A DNA stretch of 64,000 nucleotides from Pseudoramibacter sp. (GTDB taxonomy: Bacteria > Bacillota > Clostridia > Eubacteriales > Eubacteriaceae): NCBI RefSeq assembly GCF_022484225.1, contig NZ_JAKVLT010000001.1, positions 1,663,406-1,727,405 of the forward strand. The letters run 5' to 3'. Every line of letters begins with the position of its first letter. Position 1 is the first letter of the stretch. Position numbers and translations under genes: made by a program. The notes beneath the pieces were generated by a model. It was not told the DNA's origin and made no database searches. It saw only the letters and a list, made by a program, of their open reading frames with translations. Below, piece by piece: positions 18,151-27,413 of the stretch.

Positions 18151-20088
18151 CTATTTATCAAATTTATCTTGAAGATCATATTCTCTTTCGCGATTCATTC
18201 GATTCGTCGCTTCAACAAAGCTTTCCACTGGCACACCATGGACTTGATCTGCTGAACGAACACGAATTGACAAAGTGCCATCTGCTTCTTCCTTATCACC
18301 GACAATGACTATATATGGAAGCAGTTCTTCTCTGAATTTTCTGATTTTTGTTCCCATCGGATTGTCTCTGTCATCTACTTCAACCCGAATGCGATTATAA
18401 CGTAATTTTTCGGCAATTTGCTGTGCGTACTGATTATTCTTTTCACCAACCGGCACAATACCAACCTGTACAGGAGAAAGCCAGAAGGGGAAGCGCCCTG
18501 CTGTATTTTCGATGAGCAACCCAATAAAACGTTCCAATGAACCATAAATAACACGGTGAATCATAACAGGAGTTTTTAATTCCCCGTCTTTATCCATATA
18601 CGTCAAATCGAAATTCCGCGGCAATTGGAAGTCGACCTGGATGGTCCCCATTTGCCAAGTACGGTCTAATGCATCCTTCATCATAATATCAATTTTAGGA
18701 CCATAGAAAGCACCGTCTCCTTCATTGATATCATATCCGCCTTTTCCATAACGTTTATCAAGAATTTCTTTTAAAGCAGCTTCTGCTTTATCCCATAATT
18801 TAATATCTCCCATAAAATCATCAGGTCTTGTCGACAATTCAGGGCGATATTCCAAATTGAAAATGCCGTAGAAGCGATCCGCGATATCTAAGATACTGTT
18901 AATTTCATCATAAATTTGATCTTCTCTAATAAAATTATGTGAGTCATCCTGGCGGAACATCTGAACGCGAAGTAAACCGTGAAGTTCTCCTGATTTTTCC
19001 TTGCGGTGAAGGACATCGCAATCTGATAATCTTAAAGGCAAATCACGGTAACTTCTTGTCTTCCGTTTATACACGACAATGGCATTCGGGCAGTTCATCG
19101 GTTTGACACCATATACTTCATTTTCTGAAACTGGAATGACAAACATATTTTCACGATAATGATCCCAATGGCCTGAACGAATCCACAAACTATTGTAATT
19201 TATTTGAGGTGATGAAATTTCCTGATATCCTCTTTTTTCGTGTTCTTCTCTCCAAAATTCAAGAAGCGTATTAAAAAGTTTCCATCCTTTTGGCAGCCAA
19301 TAAGGCATTCCTGGTGCCGTGTCATCCATGAAGAACAAATCCAACTGAGGTCCTAATTTTCTGTGATCTCGTTTTTTAGCTTCTTCCAATTTTTTTAAAT
19401 GATCATCTAAAAGTGACTTTTTAGGATAAGCCACACCATAAATCCGCTGAAGCATTTTGTTATTTTCGTCACCATGCCAGTAGGCTCCAGCTAAACTCAT
19501 AATTTTAAAAGCTTTAATCTGACCTGTTGAGCGGACATGAGGACCGGCACATAAATCTGCCCATTCACCCTGCTTATAAAAAGAAATAACTGCATCTTCA
19601 GGCAATTCATTGATCAGTTCTGTTTTATAGGATTCATGATGTTTATCGGCCCATTCCAATGCTTCTTTGCGATTTTTTGTGCAGTATTCAATTGGATAAT
19701 CCGCTTTAACAATTTTTCGCATTTCAGCTTCTATGCGATCATAATCATCTGGCGTAATGGTGTAATCCAAATCAATATCGTAATAAAAACCATTGTCAAT
19801 AGCTGGTCCTATAGTCAACTGTGCCTGAGGCCAGATGCGTTTGATGGCTTGCCCCATAACATGAGATGCAGAATGCCAAAATGTCTTTTTGCCTTCTTGA
19901 TCGTCAAATGTCAAGAATTTCAACGTACAATCTTTATTGATTTTATATCGCTGATCAACAACTTCACCGTCAACCATACCAGCCATTACTTTTTTTGATA
20001 AACCGATGCTAATTTCCTTCGCAATTTCATAGACAGACAATCCGTCTTGAAAAGTTCTCGAACTACCATCTAATAATGTGATTTCCAT
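18151..20088 (-). CDS. thrS: threonine--tRNA ligase
   Basis: 645 aa with TGS, second additional domain, class II core and anticodon-binding regions (HRDLGPQLDLF-like HRKLGPQLDLFF, GTIQVDFQLP). Confidence 0.95.
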   Translation of the reverse strand: MEITLLDGSSRTFQDGLSVYEIAKEISIGLSKKVMAGMVDGEVVDQRYKINKDCTLKFLTFDDQEGKKTFWHSASHVMGQAIKRIWPQAQLTIGPAIDNGFYYDIDLDYTITPDDYDRIEAEMRKIVKADYPIEYCTKNRKEALEWADKHHESYKTELINELPEDAVISFYKQGEWADLCAGPHVRSTGQIKAFKIMSLAGAYWHGDENNKMLQRIYGVAYPKKSLLDDHLKKLEEAKKRDHRKLGPQLDLFFMDDTAPGMPYWLPKGWKLFNTLLEFWREEHEKRGYQEISSPQINYNSLWIRSGHWDHYRENMFVIPVSENEVYGVKPMNCPNAIVVYKRKTRSYRDLPLRLSDCDVLHRKEKSGELHGLLRVQMFRQDDSHNFIREDQIYDEINSILDIADRFYGIFNLEYRPELSTRPDDFMGDIKLWDKAEAALKEILDKRYGKGGYDINEGDGAFYGPKIDIMMKDALDRTWQMGTIQVDFQLPRNFDLTYMDKDGELKTPVMIHRVIYGSLERFIGLLIENTAGRFPFWLSPVQVGIVPVGEKNNQYAQQIAEKLRYNRIRVEVDDRDNPMGTKIRKFREELLPYIVIVGDKEEADGTLSIRVRSADQVHGVPVESFVEATNRMNREREYDLQDKFDK

Positions 20089-20104
20089 ACAAGAATACCT
20101 CCTA

Positions 20105-20357
20105 AATAAAAAGTCCCTTTATATCTCTAATAAGATATAAAGGGACTTTTAAACAAAACGCGGTTCCACCCTACTTGACAAAATAATGATTTGTCCGCTT
20201 GTTAATGCTTAACGCGCATTCACGAAAACAATTATTTCTTGCTTTAACTCCAGAGTGGTCGAATTGATAACTTTGCTCAGATCTTCCCAGCACACGATCT
20301 GTCTCTAAAAACAATTAGTTATCATTCTCTCTTTCATTGTTTAATGATTAATTGTTG
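20105..20357 (-). promoter_or_regulatory. T-box riboswitch leader (Thr specifier ACC)
   Basis: The minus strand has a TTTTAGAGA box. The specifier context is TTCGACCACTC (ACC followed by A). The T-box core is AGTAGGGTGGAACCGCG, and the terminator is AAAGTCCCTTTATATCT-tattag-AGATATAAAGGGACTTT plus a T-run. Confidence 0.85.
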
Positions 20358-20363
20358 GTTTGC

Positions 20364-20392
20364 ATTATAATGCAAACTATTTGGAAAATCAA
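20364..20392 (-). promoter_or_regulatory. promoter for thrS T-box leader
   Basis: Minus strand reads TTGATT, a 17 nt spacer, then TATAAT. Confidence 0.65.
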
Positions 20393-20404
20393 TGTTTTTT
20401 TTAT

Positions 20405-20983
20405 TTATTTACCTTTTTGTGAATTTCCGGCATAACCGCCGTTATTCATATTCGTGTCCTGTGCAGAGAAAGAAAAAATCTTATATGATTTTCCTGTTTT
20501 CTTAAATCCTACTCTGGCTTCATAATCATCAGACAATTTTAAGGTCACTTCATATTCAAGATCCTTTGCGATAACAACTGGATCTTCTACAGAAGAAGGC
20601 GTTTTTACTGTTGTGTATGATGCGATATCTTTTGCAACTGAAGCATCATTGCTCTGATTTTCGTTAACAGCCTGATCCAAACTTTTTGTGAAATCAGAAG
20701 TCATATATTGTTTCGCTTGATCATAATTTTTTGAATAGATTAATTGATAAAAAGACTTCGCATCATCTTTCATTTGATTTAATGAATTCGTTGTTGTTTG
20801 AGCACTGGCTGTAGCCTTTTGCGTCGATTTGTTTTTGGGAATCTTCACATTTGGCGAATTGACACTCTTTGATTTAGTGATATTAAAAGAAAAATGCGTT
20901 GGATGTGTTCTCCAATACCCATATCCGGCAAAGACTGCCGCTATTAAAATAACAATTATTCCAATCAATACCTTTTTTTTCAT
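20405..20983 (-). CDS. hypothetical membrane-anchored extracytoplasmic protein
   Basis: 192 aa with an N-terminal TM (MKKKVLIGIIVILIAAVFAGYGYW), an S/T/N/Q-rich linker and a small globular C-terminal domain. I recognised no family. Confidence 0.5.
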   Translation of the reverse strand: MKKKVLIGIIVILIAAVFAGYGYWRTHPTHFSFNITKSKSVNSPNVKIPKNKSTQKATASAQTTTNSLNQMKDDAKSFYQLIYSKNYDQAKQYMTSDFTKSLDQAVNENQSNDASVAKDIASYTTVKTPSSVEDPVVIAKDLEYEVTLKLSDDYEARVGFKKTGKSYKIFSFSAQDTNMNNGGYAGNSQKGK

Positions 20984-21004
20984 CGAGTGCTCCTATCGTA
21001 AATA

Positions 21005-21039
21005 AATAAAAAGCTGCTGAGCGATAAGGCTCAACAGCT
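21005..21039 (-). terminator. rho-independent terminator after tRNA-Pro
   Basis: Minus strand: AGCTGTTGAGCC-ttatc-GCTCAGCAGCT followed by TTTTATTTATTT. Confidence 0.65.
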
Positions 21040-21049
21040 ATCAATCAAA

Positions 21050-21126
21050 TGGTCGGAGTGAGAGGATTTGAACCTCCGGCCTCATGGTCCCGAACCATGC
21101 GCTCTACCAAGCTGAGCCACACCCCG
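21050..21126 (-). tRNA. tRNA-Pro (anticodon CGG)
   Basis: Minus strand: CGGGGTGTGGCTCAGCTTGGTAGAGCGCATGGTTCGGGACCATGAGGCCGGAGGTTCAAATCCTCTCACTCCGACCA. It folds as a cloverleaf with anticodon loop UUCGGGA, a GTTCAAATC T-loop and an encoded CCA. Confidence 0.9.
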
Positions 21127-21164
21127 ATTGGATTTGCAATGTGATTTGCAAATCAACGATGTTT

Positions 21165-21193
21165 ATTATAGAATAAGGTGAAAATAAAATCAA
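21165..21193 (-). promoter_or_regulatory. promoter for tRNA-Pro
   Basis: Minus strand reads TTGATT, a 17 nt spacer, then TATAAT, about 38 nt upstream of the mature tRNA 5' end. Confidence 0.65.
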
Positions 21194-21214
21194 GTATTTT
21201 TATCGAGGTTTTTT

Positions 21215-21832
21215 ATGAAAATTATAAAATTTTCTTCAACGCAGTTCGAAGATATGGCTAATATCACATCACAAGTCTATGAATATGTTAAAGATGAAAG
21301 AATTAAAGATGGTGAAATCTTATTGCAAACGCCTGAAAGCAGTGTAGGAATTACGTTAGCAGATCCCAAAAATAAAGATATGACCAAAGATTATCTTAAG
21401 GCATTGGATCACGCATTTCCAAGATTCAATGGCATGCAGTATACTGGTCCATCTACTCCTGGAATTAAAGCTGCCATGGTTGGTCAATCTTTGCGCTTAA
21501 CTGTACATGAAGGAAGTCTTGTTCTCGGACTGCACCAAGGTATTTTTGCCGCTGATTTTGGTGGTCCCAAAAAAGATCGTATGATCTTTATTTCTCACGT
21601 TGGGTCTATATTAAAACCTGGAGAAAAAGCAAAGGGTTCTCCTCTTCTTAAAGCTTATAATCAAAAAATCACTGAAGAAGAGAGAAAAACAAAAGAAGAA
21701 GAGAAGAAAATGATAGAAGATATGCGCCGTGAGTACCGCGAACAGCACCCCGAATATTTTAAAAATGATGGAAAATCTATCTTAAAAGAACATATGAAAC
21801 CAGAAAATCGGCCTAAAAAAGACAACAAATAG
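21215..21832 (+). CDS. divergent YjbQ/UPF0047-like protein with Lys/Glu-rich C-terminal tail
   Basis: Residues 1-130 align by eye with E. coli YjbQ blocks: ILLQTPESSVGITLADP vs LLLQHTSASLTLNEN, and PGIKAAMVGQSLRLTVHEGSLVLGLHQGIF vs [30 protein letters not shown]. The C-terminal ~70 aa are highly charged. Confidence 0.5.
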   Translation: MKIIKFSSTQFEDMANITSQVYEYVKDERIKDGEILLQTPESSVGITLADPKNKDMTKDYLKALDHAFPRFNGMQYTGPSTPGIKAAMVGQSLRLTVHEGSLVLGLHQGIFAADFGGPKKDRMIFISHVGSILKPGEKAKGSPLLKAYNQKITEEERKTKEEEKKMIEDMRREYREQHPEYFKNDGKSILKEHMKPENRPKKDNK

Positions 21833-21847
21833 TAAAGGGAAATTTTT

Positions 21848-22006
21848 ATGTCAAAATTAAAGAAAAAAAAGAAGAAATCAGATCATTCAGATCATTATCA
21901 AGCACCGCATCAAACGATTAAACCTTGGCACCGTGTCGGCGCTATTATTTTAATCATTGCATTAGTCGCCGGTATGATCATGATGTACGGCTTCAGTTAT
22001 ATGTAA
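21848..22006 (+). CDS. small membrane protein (52 aa), Lys-rich N-terminus plus one TM
   Basis: It falls below the ORF-track cutoff. My translation is MSKLKKKKKKSDHSDHYQAPHQTIKPWHRVGAIILIIALVAGMIMMYGFSYM. SD AAGGGA lies 8 nt upstream of the ATG. Confidence 0.45.
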   Translation: MSKLKKKKKKSDHSDHYQAPHQTIKPWHRVGAIILIIALVAGMIMMYGFSYM

Positions 22007-22030
22007 TCTAAATAATTTATAGAGGAAATA

Positions 22031-23335
22031 ATGAATAAAATATCAATAAAAGATAAAAGCAAAATGGCAAGTCAGGCTGCTTTTAAGCTTTCTGCTGTCG
22101 ATATAGACACCAGAAATCGAGCACTTCAAAATATTATCGATTATTTAAAAAATAATACTGAACAGCTTCAGAAAATTAATCAGCAAGATCTAGCTTATGC
22201 TGAAAAAAATCATCTTGCAGCCCCACTATTCAAACGATTAAAATTAGATGATTCAAAATTAAATGATGCCATCGATGGCATTAAACAATTAATTCAGCTT
22301 CCCGATCCAGTTGGGGTGACTCAAATGGCTACAGCATTGGATAAGGGGTTGGAATTATTCCGTGTAACCTGTCCAATCGGTGTCATTGGTGTTATTTTTG
22401 AATCCCGTCCAGATGCTTTTATTCAAATTGCATCTTTATGTTTAAAATCCGGAAATGCGGTATTATTAAAGGGCGGACATGAAGCTCAAAATACGAATCA
22501 GTTTTTATTTCAATTATTTAAAAAAGCCAGTGAAGAAAGCGGTATACCAGCTGGATGGATACAAATTCTGGAAACCCGGGACGATGTCGATGAAATGCTA
22601 AAGCAACGGGATGACATTGATTTAATTATTCCCAGAGGATCAAACCAATTTGTGCAATACATCATGGATCATACTACAATCCCTGTTATGGGGCATTCTG
22701 AAGGCATTTGTCATGTATATATTGATAAGGATGCAGATTTGGAAAAAGCCCTTCGCATAGCAGTGGATTCCAAAGCACAATCCGTATCGGTTTGTAATGC
22801 CGCGGAAACATTTTTACTTCATCAAGATCTTCCGGTTTCATTCATCAAAACATTAAAAAAAGCATTAGATAAAGTAAATGTTACAATCCGCGGCGATGAA
22901 GAAATTTCTAAAATTATTCCCTGTGACCCTGCTACCGAAAAAGATTGGCACACTGAGTATCTTGATCATATCGTTTCGATAAAAATGGTGAAAAATGTCG
23001 ATGAAGCTATCTGGCATATTAATCATTATGGCAGCAAACACACAGACACAATCGTAACTGAAAATAATAAAACTGCTCACAAATTTTTATTGGAGGTTGA
23101 TTCATCCGGTGTCTATCAAAACGCTTCTACTCGTTTTGCAGATGGTTATCGATACGGATTTGGTGCCGAAGTTGGCATTTCAACTGGTAAATTACATGCC
23201 AGAGGTCCAGTTGGGTTAGAAGGACTCGTTACTTATAAATATAAATTAATTGGGCATGGTCAAATTGTTGCCGATTATGTAAATGGGAAAGCCCACTTTA
23301 TTCATCAGCCTTTAAAAAAAGATTGTCCATTATAA
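22031..23335 (+). CDS. proA: glutamate-5-semialdehyde dehydrogenase (gamma-glutamyl phosphate reductase)
   Basis: 434 aa. PIGVIGVIFESRPDAFIQIASLCLKSGNAVLLKGG...CNAAETFLLH...HGSKHTDTIVTE are ProA hallmark blocks. Confidence 0.9.
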   Translation: MNKISIKDKSKMASQAAFKLSAVDIDTRNRALQNIIDYLKNNTEQLQKINQQDLAYAEKNHLAAPLFKRLKLDDSKLNDAIDGIKQLIQLPDPVGVTQMATALDKGLELFRVTCPIGVIGVIFESRPDAFIQIASLCLKSGNAVLLKGGHEAQNTNQFLFQLFKKASEESGIPAGWIQILETRDDVDEMLKQRDDIDLIIPRGSNQFVQYIMDHTTIPVMGHSEGICHVYIDKDADLEKALRIAVDSKAQSVSVCNAAETFLLHQDLPVSFIKTLKKALDKVNVTIRGDEEISKIIPCDPATEKDWHTEYLDHIVSIKMVKNVDEAIWHINHYGSKHTDTIVTENNKTAHKFLLEVDSSGVYQNASTRFADGYRYGFGAEVGISTGKLHARGPVGLEGLVTYKYKLIGHGQIVADYVNGKAHFIHQPLKKDCPL

Positions 23336-23363
23336 ACAAATTTTAAACAATAGGAGTTCTTTT

Positions 23364-24221
23364 ATGCCTCAAAATTCTTTCCCAACTTATCGATCTAAAA
23401 TTATTGTAGATGGCTGTTCAGAAGTATCTCTTGAATCAAACTGCGAAAATATATATTTAGCACGAGTCCCTTTTAAAGTCTATATAGATGACGAAGAAAT
23501 ATGTAATCAAAATATGAATCGATCAGAATTAATAGACCGTATGCATTTAACCAAAAATAAAGTTCGAACTGCCTGCCCTTCACCTCAAACCTTTTTTAAT
23601 GAATTAGACCCAAATGCAGTAAATTTTATTGTGACTATCTCTAGTAAACTCAGCAGTTCTTACAATTCTGCTTGTCTGGCAAAAACAATGGCTAAAGATA
23701 AGGGTTTTGGGCAAAATGTTTTTATTTTTGATTCACGGTCTGCTGTCAGCGGGGAAGATTTAACCGTACTCTATATCATCGAAATGCTTAAACGCGGTTT
23801 TCAGCCAAATGATTTATTTCATATGGTTCGAGATTATATCGCTCATTTATCTACATATTTTATTTTAAATTCATTTGAAAATTTAGTTAAAAATGGAAGA
23901 ATCAAGCACTCTGTTGCTCTTGTTGGCAAACTCCTAAAAATCAATCCAATCATGGAGGGTGTCAATGGAGAAATCGAATTAAAAGAAAAATGCCGCGGTC
24001 ATAAAAAAGCACTCTGTTCTTTAGTGGAAATTATTGCACAGAACGTCAAAGAAGCAGAAATAAAAAATATTGCAATTACGCATGTCAATGCCCCGGAAAA
24101 AGCAATAAAATTGAAAGAAATGATAAAAAAAAGAATTCCATTTAAAAACATTATTATTCTTGAATCCGAAGGCATAAGTACAGTATATGCAGATCAAGGA
24201 GGCATTGTAGTTTCTTTTTAA
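23364..24221 (+). CDS. DegV-family fatty-acid-binding protein
   Basis: 285 aa. TACPSPQTF...ISSKLSSSYNSA...LENLVKNGRI... shows typical DegV pattern spacing. SD AGGAG is upstream. Confidence 0.75.
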   Translation: MPQNSFPTYRSKIIVDGCSEVSLESNCENIYLARVPFKVYIDDEEICNQNMNRSELIDRMHLTKNKVRTACPSPQTFFNELDPNAVNFIVTISSKLSSSYNSACLAKTMAKDKGFGQNVFIFDSRSAVSGEDLTVLYIIEMLKRGFQPNDLFHMVRDYIAHLSTYFILNSFENLVKNGRIKHSVALVGKLLKINPIMEGVNGEIELKEKCRGHKKALCSLVEIIAQNVKEAEIKNIAITHVNAPEKAIKLKEMIKKRIPFKNIIILESEGISTVYADQGGIVVSF

Positions 24222-24246
24222 CATTTGTTTTTTCATAACAAAATAG

Positions 24247-24280
24247 CAAACGCCAGCAAAATGAAATTGCTGGCGTTTTG
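24247..24280. terminator. bidirectional rho-independent terminator (degV-like gene / phosphohexomutase gene)
   Basis: AAACGCCAGCAA-aatgaaa-TTGCTGGCGTTT, flanked by an A-run and a T-run. Confidence 0.75.
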
Positions 24281-24289
24281 TGATGAACT

Positions 24290-25774
24290 CTATTTTTCAA
24301 TCATTTGATAATGACTTAAAAATTCATCTATCTTATTTAAAATCATCTGGCATCCGCCCTTTTCTTCTGATTCAATATTGGTTGGTAATTTCGGCTCATG
24401 AAGACTAAGCCGCATTAAACACCAGCCGTTACCATGATCTTGATCACAATTTACACGAACACCCTCATAATTTGGTTGAACTAAAGACCATCCTGGCTGC
24501 TGAGCTGCAAAATCTTTAAAATCTTCTAATACCTTTTCTCCACTTTTTCTGAAATGATCACCTGTAATGCGATAACGCACTTCCATTGATTCCTCGGGTT
24601 CTTTTAAGTCCTCCACAAAACTTGAGAAAGGCTTGCCTTTTTGTTTCATGTGATAAAGTTCAATTAATGCCAATGTCGCTAAATATGCGCCGTCATCTAA
24701 GAAATAGTTATCTTTCAAAGCACCATGGCCACTTGTTTCCATAGCCAAATAAGCCGGTGTCCCCTCTTCATTTAAGCGAATAGCTTCGTTGATAACATTG
24801 CGGTATCCTCTTTTATAGCGATGATGATGGCCGCCAAGTTTTTCAATAAAAGCAGTTAAACCTGTTGACGTCACTGAATCGGTAACAATCGTCGACCCTG
24901 GGTGTTTTTGAAGCACAATTTTCGATATAAAAGCAATAAATGCATTGCGATTAATAGGATCACCCTTTTCATCTATTATGGCGCTTCTGTCAACATCTGT
25001 GTCAAAAATAATTCCCATATCTGCATGATTCTTTTTTACCATTTTTACAGCAGCTGCCATTGCTTCTGGATTTTCAGGATTCGGAATATGATGTGGGAAA
25101 TGACCATCTGGATTTAGATACTGCGAACCCTTTGTGTCTGCTCCCAATGGCTTTAATACATCATCGACAAAAAATCCTCCAGCACCATTCCCCGCATCAA
25201 CCACAATATGCAGATCTTTTAAAGGTTTGATGTTTTTGGTTTCAGTTCGGATAATCCCTACAATATTTGCAGCATACGCTTTAAGAAAATCTGAAGGTAT
25301 TCTCTTGCCTCCTAAAAAAGAAGTTTCTATTTCTTCTGCTTCGTGTAAAAGGCTCGATAATTCATTTTTTTCTATTCCGCCGCGTTTTGTGAAAAATTTA
25401 ATCCCATTTCGATTAGCTGGCAAATGACTCGCTGTAATCATAACCGCGCCATCGCATTTTAAATATGGGTCAACCGTGGTCATAAACATTGCCGGCGTTG
25501 TACAAAGCCCGCAATCGTAAACAATAGCACCAGAACATACAGCACCGACGCAAGCTGCCTGAGCTAAAAATTCGCCTGATACTCTGCTGTCCCTGCCAAT
25601 TGCCAATTTGATATGCTGCTTCCCTGTCTGTTTTTTAATTCTTTCTGCAAAAGTATAAACAATTTTCATTGTTTTATTATCGTCCAGATTAACGTCTTCT
25701 CCAGGTACTCCCTTTGCAGCTACGCCGCGCACGTCCGTGCCATTTTGCAGCTCTACAATGCCCCGTAATATCAT
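24290..25774 (-). CDS. alpha-D-phosphohexomutase (phosphoglucomutase/phosphomannomutase family)
   Basis: 494 aa. It has the active-site loop ITASHLPANRNGIKF, the metal loop FDTDVDRS and the sugar loop GYRNV/ETSGH. Confidence 0.85.
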   Translation of the reverse strand: MILRGIVELQNGTDVRGVAAKGVPGEDVNLDDNKTMKIVYTFAERIKKQTGKQHIKLAIGRDSRVSGEFLAQAACVGAVCSGAIVYDCGLCTTPAMFMTTVDPYLKCDGAVMITASHLPANRNGIKFFTKRGGIEKNELSSLLHEAEEIETSFLGGKRIPSDFLKAYAANIVGIIRTETKNIKPLKDLHIVVDAGNGAGGFFVDDVLKPLGADTKGSQYLNPDGHFPHHIPNPENPEAMAAAVKMVKKNHADMGIIFDTDVDRSAIIDEKGDPINRNAFIAFISKIVLQKHPGSTIVTDSVTSTGLTAFIEKLGGHHHRYKRGYRNVINEAIRLNEEGTPAYLAMETSGHGALKDNYFLDDGAYLATLALIELYHMKQKGKPFSSFVEDLKEPEESMEVRYRITGDHFRKSGEKVLEDFKDFAAQQPGWSLVQPNYEGVRVNCDQDHGNGWCLMRLSLHEPKLPTNIESEEKGGCQMILNKIDEFLSHYQMIEK

Positions 25775-25786
25775 ATATTCTCCTCT

Positions 25787-26788
25787 TTATTTATTCAGTT
25801 TATCATTATCTACTAATGTCGCAACCATTATGGCTTTTATGGCATGCATACGATTTTCTGCTTCATCAAATACTTTAGAGTACGATGCTCTAAAAACTGA
25901 ATCCGTCACTTCCATTTCTTTTAAACCATATTTTTTATAAATATCCTGCGCAACCTTTGTATTTAAATCATGAAATGAAGGCAAACAATGCAGAAAAATA
26001 ACATCAGGGTTATGTGTCAATTGAATCATTTTTTCATTGACTTGGAAATCTTTTAATAATTTAATTCGTTCTTCTGTTTTATCTTCTTCTCCCATTGAGA
26101 CCCATACATCTGTATAAATTACATCAGCACCATCTACCGCTTCTGCAATATCGCTCGTCAATGAGATTGAACCCCCTGTTTGTTTTACAACTTCTTTCAT
26201 TTCTGAAGTCAATTCTTCACTTGGAAATAATTCCTGAGGCGCTAGAGCGACAAAATCCATCCCTAACTTAGCACATCCAATCATTAAAGAATTTCCCATA
26301 TTGTTTCGGGCATCCCCAACAAACACTAATTTCTTTCCTTTTAATTCGCCAAAATTTTCACGAATTGTTAACATATCAGCTAATATTTGAGTGGGATGGT
26401 AAAGATCTGTTAATCCATTCCACACCGGTACACCAGAAAAATCAGCTAATGATTGTACCGTTTCCTGCGAAAAGCCTCTAAAAGCAATACCATCATAAAA
26501 CCGTCCCAATACTTTTGCCGTATCTTCAATAGATTCTTTTTTACCCATCTGACTATTTGTCAAATATGTAACATTAGCACCTTCATCATATGCTCCAACT
26601 TCAAAAGAGCAACGCGTTCTTGTTGATGTTTTTTCAAAAATAATGACAATATTTTTACCATCAAGCAAATGCCCGCGAATCCCTTGCTTTTTTTTCTTTT
26701 TTAAGCTGGATGCTAAATCTATTAAAAATGTAATTTCTTCCGGCGTATAGTCCCGCAATGTTAAAAAATTTTTATGATAAAGATTCAT
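25787..26788 (-). CDS. argF: ornithine carbamoyltransferase
   Basis: 333 aa with [13 protein letters not shown] (carbamoyl-P site), DVWVSMGEE and HCLPSFHD. Confidence 0.9.
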   Translation of the reverse strand: MNLYHKNFLTLRDYTPEEITFLIDLASSLKKKKKQGIRGHLLDGKNIVIIFEKTSTRTRCSFEVGAYDEGANVTYLTNSQMGKKESIEDTAKVLGRFYDGIAFRGFSQETVQSLADFSGVPVWNGLTDLYHPTQILADMLTIRENFGELKGKKLVFVGDARNNMGNSLMIGCAKLGMDFVALAPQELFPSEELTSEMKEVVKQTGGSISLTSDIAEAVDGADVIYTDVWVSMGEEDKTEERIKLLKDFQVNEKMIQLTHNPDVIFLHCLPSFHDLNTKVAQDIYKKYGLKEMEVTDSVFRASYSKVFDEAENRMHAIKAIMVATLVDNDKLNK

Positions 26789-26800
26789 ATTGCTTCCTCC

Positions 26801-26830
26801 TTATATTAATGCATAAATATTAATGCTTTT
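26801..26830 (-). promoter_or_regulatory. candidate ArgR/AhrC-type operator (tandem GCATTAATAT repeats) upstream of argF
   Basis: Minus strand reads AAAGCATTAATATTTATGCATTAATATAAGGAGG. Two copies of (T)GCATTAATAT lie 13 nt apart, abut the argF SD, and loosely resemble ARG boxes (TnTGAATwwwwATTCAnw). Confidence 0.3.
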
Positions 26831-26860
26831 ATTTTATCGAAAAAAGATAAGCTTATCAAC

Positions 26861-26891
26861 TAAAAAACCGAAGGATCTTTGTCCTTCGGCT
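26861..26891 (-). terminator. rho-independent terminator after ppiB
   Basis: Minus strand: GCCGAAGGAC-aaag-ATCCTTCGGT followed by TTTTTA. Confidence 0.75.
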
Positions 26892-26908
26892 TAATAAAAA
26901 TTTATTTA

Positions 26909-27400
26909 TTATTTTTCTTCAACTCGAATCGTCGCAATTTGCTGATCTTCTAAAGGTTTGTCCCACATATCTCTTTCCGCAGATACAATTTTATCGACAG
27001 TTTCCATGCCTTCAGTCACTTTTCCAAAAGCTGCATAATCGCCATCTAAATGCGGCGCATCGGCAACCATAATAAAGAATTGAGAACCTGCAGAATCGGG
27101 ATCCATAGCTCTTGCCATGGATAAAACACCACGTTCATGTTTGAGGTTGTTTTCAATACCATTTGACGCAAATTCACCTTTAATACTATAACCAGGTCCT
27201 CCCATGCCATTTCCTTCCGGATCTCCGCCTTGAATCATAAAACCTGGAATAACACGATGAAAAATAAGTCCGTCATAAAATTGTTCATTTACAAGTTTAA
27301 GAAAATTTTCAACCGTAATCGGGGCAACATCCGGATACAATTCTGCTCGAATAATGCCGCCATCTTTCATTTCGATCTTAATATTAACTGAATTTTCCAT
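26909..27400 (-). CDS. ppiB: peptidyl-prolyl cis-trans isomerase (cyclophilin type)
   Basis: FHRVIPGFMIQGGDP...GGPGY...LSMARA...GSQFFI is the cyclophilin signature. Confidence 0.9.
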   Translation of the reverse strand: MENSVNIKIEMKDGGIIRAELYPDVAPITVENFLKLVNEQFYDGLIFHRVIPGFMIQGGDPEGNGMGGPGYSIKGEFASNGIENNLKHERGVLSMARAMDPDSAGSQFFIMVADAPHLDGDYAAFGKVTEGMETVDKIVSAERDMWDKPLEDQQIATIRVEEK

Positions 27401-27413
27401 TTTTTCTCCCTTA

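Noticed and set aside
22031-23335. proA without an adjacent proB, as a possible anomaly.
   Set aside because: proB and proC can be encoded elsewhere. Nothing in the window indicates a pseudogene or unusual fusion, and the ProA sequence looks intact.
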